NCBI GenBank assembly: GCA_904063045.1
Contig: CAJFCJ010000013.1
Location: 294,623 to 358,622 of the forward strand
Direction: 5' to 3'
Source of the DNA: Dimorphilus gyrociliatus
Lineage: Eukaryota; Animalia; Annelida
Length of the DNA stretch: 64,000 nt
Below the pieces are notes generated by a model that did no database searches, was not told the origin of the DNA, and saw only the letters and a program-made list of their open reading frames with translations. Positions 25,805 through 36,199 of the stretch are shown piece by piece. Every line of letters starts with the position of its first letter. Position 1 is the stretch's first letter. Position numbers and translations under genes: made by a program.

Positions 25805-28618
25805 ATGCAGAATAACGGTTAAAATTTTTAATTAATACTGATATTTGTCAATTTTTTTATTCGATTTATACGTAATTTAAAGTTACCAGTTATTTTTTAA
25901 TATATAGAGGAACCAAAACAAACTATATCGGAATTTTATGCTGGCAAAAACGTGTTTCTAACTGGCGGCACAGGTTTTATTGGAAAGGTAATTTTATGAT
26001 TAAATAAATGAGATCAGCATGGCTGAACCATAATACAATAAAAAGAAAGAATACAAAATACATATAGATGTAATGAATATCCTTTATAGGTCGTAATTGA
26101 AAAACTATTGAGATCATGCCCAGACGTACAAGGAATCTACTGCCTAATCAGACCAAAGAGGGGAAAGACAATAGAAGAGCGTATGAAAACTATGCTACAG
26201 GATAAGGTATAATAAACAATTAATCAATAGGAGAATTAGCATTTGCTAAATATAAAATTCAAATAGGTTTACGACAGAGTTCGACGTTTAAATGCCGATT
26301 TTGCTAAAAAAGTCCATCTAATTGCTGGCGATGTTATAGAAGAAAATTTAGGAATTTCGCAAGATGATTACGAATTTTTAGAGAATAATATCCATATTGT
26401 ATTCCATTCTGCTGCTACAGTAAGATTTGAAGAACCTTTGAAATTAGCTATTCGGATGAATGTCATCGCAACAAAAAAAATGATACAACTCTGTAAAAGG
26501 ATGAAGCATTTAATTGTTAGTTTTTAAGAGAAGAGATCTATAAAGAATTTCTTAATTTTCCTCTTTCTTTCTAATTTAGTCTCTTGTACATGTTTCGACG
26601 GCATACGCTAATTGCGATAGAGAGTTTATCGAGGAAGTAATCTATCCATCGTTGCATAAGCCTGAAAACATTATCGATATGGTTCAGTAAGTGAATAACA
26701 TGTTCTTATAAAAATGTGAACGTCTTTTTCTTTTATACAAGGATTCTCGAAAAAATATTAATCGACTAAATAACCTTTATTACTATCATCGATATTATTA
26801 TTATTATTATTATCATTATCGCCAATATAATCACTATTACTATCATTAATGTTATTTGTCTTTTATTCAGATGGATGGACGAAGATACCTTGAATTCGAT
26901 TATGCCGAAATTAATTGGACCGAAGCCTAACACGTACACATATACTAAACAATTAGCCGAATACATGCTCGTACAAGAAGCTTCAAATCTGCCCCTAGCT
27001 ATTCTTAGACCCTCGATTGTCACTGCTTCGTGGAAGGAACCTTTTCCGGTTTGTACATTGTTTTATAGCTCTTATTTTCGGCTAACCCAAGAGATAAATA
27101 TAATTATCAAGCGTAATTTTCAATTTTCTTTTTATATCTTATCGTTAAAGCAAAGGTCATAATAAATAATATGACTTTGACCTTTAAACCGCTTTTTATG
27201 AATAATATTAATAATAATCTAATTTTATAGGGATGGATTGATAATTTAAATGGTCCTTCCGGTTTATATATTGCTTATGGAAAAGGTTTAATGAGAACGA
27301 TGATCATGGAAACAGATCTTGTTGCGGATATGATTCCGGTTGATATTTCTGTCAACATGTTATTAGCAGTTGGTTGGTATACTGCTGTCCACAACCCCGA
27401 AAAGACAATGTTGTATCATTGTACATCTGGAACATTGAATCCTTGTACCTGGGGAGCAAGTTGTAGCCACGTCAAAGAAGTATTCAAAAAAGTAATAATT
27501 CTTATTCACGATTGGTCAAAAAAAGCATTCCGATAGACTTCAGAAATTTACAGTTTTCCTTTCCCCTTAATAACGCTGACAAATATAAAACATATAACAT
27601 TTCATTTTACCATAGATAGTGAAATGTAGAATAGAGATGAAGAAAGACTATTCTCTTGAGTGTATACTAGATCTAGTACATCATTTATACTTGCTTTTGT
27701 TAAAGAGATAAGAACACTGAGAAGACAATGTGTTTATTATACTTTAATTTAATGAATAATCTATATATTATAGTTAGGAGTTAGCCTTATCTGTCTATCT
27801 TTGAATTTTCTCTTACAGTTACTTTTAATATTGGCGATAATTAGTTAATTATACATATGTTTATTCATAATAGGTACCATTAGAAGGAGGATTTAGGAGA
27901 CCAAGGTGTTTTTTGACAAATAAGCCAACTTTATACGACTATTGGATTTTCGTTAGTCATCACATTCCAGCGTATTTAGTAGACGGTGCGTGTAGGCTAA
28001 TTGGTAAAAAACCAAGGTATATAAGCATCTCTAATCATTATAATTTGAAGCGTCTATTTGATAATTTGATAATTCTTTTATTTATAAAATAGGATGGTCT
28101 CTCTTTACGCTCGATTACATAAGGCTATGAGCACTTTGACTTATTTTACTACAAGATCGTGGGAATGGAGTCACAATGGACTAGACGCACTAAAGGCTGT
28201 GATGACAGCAGAAGATTCCCAGGTACTAAAAACACATAGATATGTAATCTATATATAATATACATATTTGTTGCATAGAATTTTTACTTGGACCCAAGAT
28301 CCATCCATTGGCCTTCCTATTTCGAAGATTTTTGTTTGGGCACAAAAAAGTTTATACTGAAGGAGGAGATTTCAAATGTCGATACTGCTCGCGCACATAT
28401 AAGAAAGTAAGTAATGAGTTAATTAGTTAAACTTACAAAAATATTCTATTTTGCACAGATTAAGAAATATTCGCTATTGTTTCAATACTTTAGCCCTTGT
28501 GTTGCTATGGAGGTTGTTGATTGCAAATTCGAATTTAGCGAGAAGTTCCTGGTTCTTCGTTCTCAATTTAGCCCTAAAATTTTTGAGATTTTTTAGATTG
28601 TCTAGTACAATGACCTAA
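25805..28618 (+). CDS. FAR: Fatty acyl-CoA reductase (FAR1/2 family)
   Basis: Motifs [63 protein letters not shown], and a C-terminal TM. Eleven exons join in frame from ATG 25805 to TAA 28618. Confidence 0.96.
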
Positions 28619-29479
28619 AAACTTTAATTATAAGTTGATCTTTTTCAAACGAACAACTTATAATTGAAAGAAAAAATAAGCACTCCTAACCACTAATGAT
28701 ATAGATATATTTATACATATATACTAAATAGAAATATCTATAAATTAAACAAAGTATATTTATAAATTATATCAAAAATCTACAACAAATCATTGTTTCA
28801 GGTTGTGTGTTGACGTTCAGTATTTTTTATTTAATTGATTTTATTTTCTTTCAATTCACTCTGTTCACTCTCTGCTATATATGTATATATATATATATAT
28901 AGTGTGTCTGTAACGTCGTCTGTGATTACCTGAATTAATTTTGGTTAAGTTTTCCTTTTTTGTCTTTTATTATAATTTCTCTTATTTTTTAAAAAATTCA
29001 AAACAAAAATTGGGAAGACGCCAATGGTTGTTTTTTTAATCAAAGTAATTTATAGTATTCGTGCAAAAAGAGACTATATTGAAGATAAATCTGCTATTTA
29101 CATTCCAAACTTTTATAACTAGTTCCGATATCCTTTTATATATGTACAGATATATATCAATATTCCATTATTAATAATAATATATACCACTATAATTATT
29201 TAGTTTATATTTATCTCTAATTCATTGAAATAAAAGATTAAATTACGTAATTTTTACCTTTAGTTCCTTTATAAAAGAGTTTAGTCAAGTTGAAAAAGCT
29301 TGATATAGTGTTGTTGAAAGAATATAATATTGAAGATTTCTTGATAATAGGCTTTTTGAAAAAATAGATAGAACCGGAAATTCAGTGCAGCGCTGGAGTT
29401 TTACAGCAGAAACCGGGTTGTATGTGCGCACGTCAAGAATAGCATCGTCTCAAATTTCAGCAAATCATCTCAATCAAAA

Positions 29480-32096
29480 ATGCCCGAATGCCGCCTGTCA
29501 AGAGACTTCTTCCTATGGTCAATTTGTGTTATTTATCTATTTGCTTTCGGATCACTTTATGTTCAAATTCCTGGTTTGTTTAAAAAAATTTTACGGTTTT
29601 TTCAAAGAATTTTCCTACCTATTCTTATACATTGTATTTCATAGGTCTTTACGGTCAAAATGGAATATTACCTGCTCGTTTGGTGGTTAAAGAACGTACG
29701 TTCTAATTATATCTTCATAGTAACTTTCATAACGATTCTGATTTTATTTTTTACTCAACAGCTGCAAAAACAATATCTGAGTTATTTCATGACCAACCTA
29801 CTTTAGTAAGAGTTTTAATGGGCGTCGGATTTAGCGTCGAAACAGCAATGGACGCTGTATGTTTGGGCGGTATAGTATTGTCATTCGCTGGGGCAGTTTC
29901 ATCAATTTACAGAGGTCCTATAACTTTCGCTTTTCTTTGGGCTTCTTATTTTTCGCTGTATCAACTTGGACAAACTTTTCTCTGGTTTCAATGGTAAATA
30001 TTTCCGTAATTTTCTTCAAATTACTACTCTTCCATTATACTTTTTATGTTTTTCACTAATTAAACCTTCCTCTTTATCCCCTTTTCAATTAGGGATATTT
30101 TGCTGTTAGAGACGGGCTTTCTATGCATCTTCATATCCCCTTTCTCTCTAAGACTACGCAGTCCAAGTACAAACCATAGACCACACGACCATATAACTCT
30201 GTGGCTGGTCAAATGGCTTTTATTCAGATTAATGTTTGCAAGCGGAGTTGTAAAATTAACGAGTAGATGTCCTACTTGGTGGTCCTTGACTGCTCTCGAT
30301 TATCACTTTGAATCTCAATGTATACCAACTCCAATAGCTTGGAATTTTCATCATTTGCCACAATGGTTCAACAAGTTTAGCGTCGCTCTGGTTTACGTTA
30401 TTGAAATAGCTATACCCTTCCTCTTCTTCTCACCGAGAAAACAGCACCAAATTTTCTCTGCTGCTTTACAGGTAGGCTTGTGAAAAACAATAAAGTAGAA
30501 AGAAAGAAAGGAAGACAGACAGAAAGAGAGTGAAAAACAAGTAAAGTTAATCCAAGAGTAAAAGTGAGAGACAGTTAGATAGGATTCTCAGCTGTTACAA
30601 TCAATAAGAACCTTTCCATTTAGTTTAGAGTACTATACATTTATGTTAACGCGTACAAAGTAGCAATTTATTACCTGTTAACGTCTAAACAGTAAATAAC
30701 TAACTCATTTAAGAATTCCTTCTTCTTTTTTTTACTACAGATAATCCTGCAAATGATAATAATGATCACTGGAAACTACAATTTTTTTAACCTGCTCACT
30801 ATTTGTCTTTGTATACCTCTATTCACAGAATCTTTTATCGATACGATCACTTGTAATCTTTTGCCGCTTAAGCGATCTTACTTGGAAGATGATGAATTAG
30901 AGTACAAACGAAGAAATTTTTCGCTTCTCTTTCGAAGATTTTTAGCCTTTCTTTCTGATATATTGGTCTTTGGAGGTTTGGCATACTGGACTACTGTCGC
31001 TTTCAATTTAAAAATAATTGTTAAACCGACGTTCAATATCGAAAGTTCTGTTAATTTCGATTTAAATGGTTTGTTTAGGTTCCTTCGCCTAATCACACCA
31101 ATCTCTCTATGGCTTGGTGGCCTTTCTTTAGGATGGACTATATTAGGAGCATTTATCGAAAGTTTCAAAATGAAAACTTTTTGTAGGAAATTTACGTCAG
31201 TTAGCTGTGTTGCCTTTTTTTCAATTCTAGCATCGGGCCTATTTAGTGTATCGCTAGTTGAACACACTATTATTGATCGCACTTCTCAAAATAATCTATG
31301 GAATGTTGTTAGAGATTGGCATACGGCCACAAGAAAGTTTCAAATTGTTAATTCATACGGTCTATTTAGAACTATGACTGGAGTTGGTGGTAGACCAGAA
31401 GTTATTTTGGAAGGTGCACCAAAAAGAGATGGTCCTTGGTTCGAATATAATTTTCAATACAAACCCGGCAATCTTACAAAATCTCCCCCCTGGGTAGCTC
31501 CCCACCAGCCACGTCTCGATTGGCAAATGTGGTTCGCCGCTCTTGGTGTCTATGAACACAATGCTTGGCTCTTGAATCTCGTCTATCGATTGTTAACTAA
31601 CGAGCCAACTGTCGTACAATTATTAGATGTCGATCCCATACCTAAATACAGAGAACAATATGGTGATTCAACGCCTCGTTACATCAGAGCACTACTATAC
31701 AATTATCATTATTCTGATAAGAATGAACGAGTTTATTGGTGGAGTCGAACTCTCAAGCAAATTTACCTACCCGTAGTCGGTCTTGATGATAAAGGCTTTA
31801 TGCAATACTTAACAGAGGCTCAAATAATCAAGGTAAATTATAGCAAGATTCGTACAATCTAAATTAATTATAGAACTTGAAGTATTTCTTCTAAATAGCT
31901 TATAGTAAATTTTTTTTTCTTTTAATCCTTCTAGACTGACGGCTCAAAGGAGAAATATATAAATACGAATCCAATAGCCAAATTTGTCTCCTCCCTTAGG
32001 GAACTCTTTGGTCAACCAGATGGCTTTATAACACTTATTACTTTATTTATTGTAGTAATTATTGTGAACGTAATAAGAAATAGACGATGCAACTAG
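29480..32096 (+). CDS. LMF2: Lipase maturation factor 2
   Basis: Motifs LYVQIPGLYGQNGILP, WFQWDILLLETGFL, RLMFASGVVKLTSRCPTWW, TGNYNFFNLLT, NSYGLFRTMTGVGGRPEVILEG, PHQPRLDWQMWFAAL. Six exons in frame. Confidence 0.96.
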
Positions 32097-32409
32097 AAAT
32101 TAACATAATATTTGAAAAATATTTATTCGAAAACAAAAAGAAAAATATATTTATACTAATATATATATATATAATATATATGGCAAGAGAAAAAAATATT
32201 TATATAAACGTGTAGAATATATAGGTATTTACTAAATTCCACCATAATGAAAAAAGTCCCCTAGATGTTTTACGTTTGACAAATGATGCAAATATTTTCA
32301 ATATGTTCCTTTGCTCGTTAATTGTTAATAAAAATTTTTAAAAAAATCTTAAAAATGTTTAAAAAATAATTTTTTTTTTTGACAAACATACTGTATATTT
32401 GCTTTTTGT

Positions 32410-33351
32410 CTAACCACGGAAGTATATGTTTCGCCTAATATCCGAAGTCGTAGGCATGGGAGGATTGATACACCTTCGTCTAACGTAGACTTTTAGAGCT
32501 CCCATTATTGTTCTATTCTGCAAACCATAAACAATAGCATTTATAATAGGTGCAAAGTGCCAGAAAATCGTTACGATTGATAGTAAAACAGGCTCTTTAG
32601 CTCGACCAAGACGACAGGCTATGATGGGTCCATAGCAAATAATGCAAGCACCTAACCTGTACGCAACACTTGTCGTAACGCTTTTAATTTTAATAGCCGA
32701 AGCCGAAGTGCGAACAGCTAACGTTGCTATCTGTACCACTGCAACGATTCGACGTTGTTGGTTGTTAGTTACCTGAACGATATACATTAGACTGACGAAA
32801 GTTAGCAAAATGGGCAGGAGGCTAGAAACGAAAACTTGTAGAATGTGTCTCCAGTTGTCATTTGATGCAACACAAATTGAATTAAAAATTTCATAGTCAA
32901 TTCCAATGGAAATGATTCCACAGCATATAGATAGTATCCATATAAAGGAGAATTGCAGGAAAAAATTCCTTTTGGAAGAATTAGCTTGTCGGAAAGGCCG
33001 TGATAAAGATAAAAAATACTCAACAGCAAGAGAGCTTATAGTTGATAAGGCGGCACAGTCAATTGACGTTGTTATCAACACCATTCCATCACAACGTAAA
33101 TACTTCTTATTCAAATCACCTCCGAGAAGAATGAAAGCAATCTGTAAAGGCATTATCAGAGAGGAGGCAAGCAGATGAACCAGTGACAAGTGGCAAACAA
33201 GAATATGCTGTTGGGTGTGCAACTTCTTTGTTCCTATAATCGCAATAATAATTGGAACATTTAATACAATACCACCAAGCATACAAGCGACGGTCAGAGT
33301 TGCTCTAGCGGATTTCTCCACTACAGATACCGTCGACGTCGCGTTATCCAT
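32410..33351 (-). CDS. Intronless orphan rhodopsin-like (class A) GPCR, 313 aa
   Basis: Seven hydrophobic segments; TM1 Asn (VLNVP), TM3 Cys (LRCDG), LAVEYF at the DRY position, ECL2 Cys, CYGP at CWxP, NAIVY at NPxxY. Confidence 0.85.
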   Translation of the reverse strand: MDNATSTVSVVEKSARATLTVACMLGGIVLNVPIIIAIIGTKKLHTQQHILVCHLSLVHLLASSLIMPLQIAFILLGGDLNKKYLRCDGMVLITTSIDCAALSTISSLAVEYFLSLSRPFRQANSSKRNFFLQFSFIWILSICCGIISIGIDYEIFNSICVASNDNWRHILQVFVSSLLPILLTFVSLMYIVQVTNNQQRRIVAVVQIATLAVRTSASAIKIKSVTTSVAYRLGACIICYGPIIACRLGRAKEPVLLSIVTIFWHFAPIINAIVYGLQNRTIMGALKVYVRRRCINPPMPTTSDIRRNIYFRG

Positions 33352-33515
33352 CGCTCGACTGTCAATAAACGCCAGGGTGTGGCGCTAAGAGGTACTTTTT
33401 TTTTCTCCAGGGGTTACTCGGTTCATTATACTACAAGAATCAAATTGTAATTTCTCAATGTATTTAAAACAGCGTAAAGCTTAATATCAAATGGTGACGA
33501 AGATATTGTTAAAAG

Positions 33516-34851
33516 CTAAAAGAGTATTGCCACAAAAACATAAATAGTCAGGAAAAATAAATCAGCCTATAATTCTTTGAAAGTGTATATACTTATTGAA
33601 ACACAGAAGAATATTGCTAAAAATCTTACAGGAGATCCTTGAGCTGTTGTATTATCTTCCTCAAGATCGTCTGGTGGTGATCCGATATCAATTGTTAAAT
33701 TCGTAAAAAGTGGTTGTTTTCGTACACTTATAATTTTATATCCCAAGTCGACAATATTACTAAGACCATCCTTTTGCCATCTATTCATCCAATTTTTAAG
33801 TAGCTTGAAACGACCCTTTGCCTTCAAACGTTTTTTATGCTTAACCATCTTATATCTACCAAATGACGATTGAGGTCTATCTATCCGAAAACCTTTAGGA
33901 AATAATAAATACAGTAAATTAATAAACATAGACATGGAAAGATCGGCACGAAGCGATCTGATTAATTAGCATGATTAAGCAATAATAAGACAACGCACCT
34001 GACGCCATTATCCTCCTATGCATATCGTCGTCTTCTGCCCCCCATCCCCAATATTCATTTGAAAATCCATTTGTTCGATCTAATTGACGCCTATTTAAGG
34101 CTAAAACGCCTCCAACAAGACCAGAGTAAGGCAATTGAAATCTCATCTCGTCAAGAGCAGGTGAAAGATGGCGTGGTTCACTTCCACAAGAATAAATGTT
34201 TCTGTCATCTATTGGCAGCATATCTACATCATGATATATAAAGCAGTTAAACTTTTCTTCCTTTAAAATCTCCTTCGTTGCCGCATTCATTATTTTTCCT
34301 TTATTAAAAACTTCGTCGAAAGCTTGTTCTACCAGAAATACAGTATAATCACAATTCTGGCGAGACAATAGTTTATGTAATCTTCTTAATAAATCCATTA
34401 AGTGCATATAGCGATTTCGATATGGGATAATTATTGCAAGAGTTTGTTTCGAAAAGCAGCTTTTCTGACTAGACTTACCACCTTCGGCAAGATTTTCCAA
34501 CATTGAAACAATATGAGATTCGTTCAAATTATTATCATGTTCATCAATTAGATCATTCGCTCTTAATTTAGGCTTTGAACAAAATTTCTTCGTTGTATCG
34601 GTGAGAGAAGTTCGACCAATCTCATTCAAAGCTTCGATCTCGTTATATCCAGAGTTGGGATCACAATATTCAGCTATTATCAAGATGTAGATATAATGAA
34701 TAATTAGGTAAGAGATTATCCATTTATATCTCCAAATAAGAGATCTACCAGGGATACTCTGCCAGCAGAACATGATTCTTCTGAAAAGAAATTTTTTAGT
34801 CTCACTGGTACACTTTGAAACTGATATGTAAATAATGCTCTTTGATAACAT
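33516..34851 (-). CDS. GT7 beta-1,4-galactosyltransferase-family enzyme, predicted beta4GalNAc-transferase
   Basis: Motifs AIIIPYRNR, FNKGKIMN, CFIYHDVDMLP, LPYSGLVGGV, GFSNEYWGWGAEDDD; N-terminal TM WIISYLIIHYIYILII. Exons 34851-33999, 33892-33630, 33566-33516. Confidence 0.92.
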
Positions 34852-36199
34852 TGATTATTAATATCTTACTATTTTTCATTTAGAAAAAGCTTTGGGTAGA
34901 AAGCATAAAATATATTATCAAATACTTTATCAGTTCTCAACAAGTTAAAAAAAAACCTATATTCTTTACTCTTTGATAAGCACAAAATCATCAAAAAAGA
35001 CCTAACACTAAAATATTTGTCAGACACAGAATTTTATCAGTTGAAATGCTAATCAGTAGAAAAGTTGAATATATGCACGTAGACATGAGGCCGATCGACG
35101 ATTAACTATTGAATATGAACTTTAAAAAATCCATTTTGAATAAAAGTAGTAGAAGTTTTTCATACGAATTAATTGTATGAACGAGGCAAAAAATGGGCAT
35201 ATGTAGTATTATATGGATTGTCAATGCCTAATTCCCTTTAAACATTCTACTAACGCAATTACTATAGAAATAATCCTATTTAATACTTTTTAAAAACCGA
35301 TTCGAATCAATTTAAATAATCATTTTAAATAAGAATACAGTATACTTCTCTGGTAGAGAGACTTTATTCATTCCTGACGAACCGGAAGGGTTTTAAGTCA
35401 CGCCACCTATTGGGAACTTATTGTTATTTAAAGAATATTATACCCGTAGCTAACATAGATTCTCTAAATTGCAAATAATATTTTCTCACATAAAGTAATA
35501 TTATTAATAATCACGCTTTATAAAACAATTAGCAATATTCTACCAATTACTATTAGAATGAAATTAAATCACATAATCAATTGCTCAAAAAAGTCCAGTT
35601 TAGTTTGAACAGCATATGAAAACAAAAAAGAAAATTATTTTTCGTAAAGAACTATACAAATAAAACTGAACATTTCTTTCGAAATACAGTATGCTCTATT
35701 GTTAATGCCTTTTATCAATCATAAGAAATTAAATACAACGTTAGTTTGCATTTTATTCAAAATATGCGTCACATAAAGACGATAGAACACTTTTACAGTT
35801 TTAACAAGATAGTTAGTTAGAATAATAATAAAAGGACTAGAAGTTTTATACAAAAAACTGTTTACGGTAAATCTATTCACCTGGTAATATAAAAGTATAA
35901 ATGAAAATTTTTTTGGAAAATGCCCCATCAAATTGATTGTGTCTGTAGCATTTAAAATTTACCGGCAAGGGTATCAGCTGGCGGAAACCTCATAGAGGTC
36001 GCTCTGATTTAAAACAATCGATAGGGGTAAGACCTTCTTCATTCTGAAATTGGCAAATGCTCTTTCCATCTACTTTATAAAATATAAAATTTAATTGTAA
36101 AAAAGATAAATAATTTTTCTGAGATGATCGATTCTCTTTTATATATTTTTTTACACGTTGTCATATTTTAATAAAAACACCCCCGCCGATTGTTATTAT

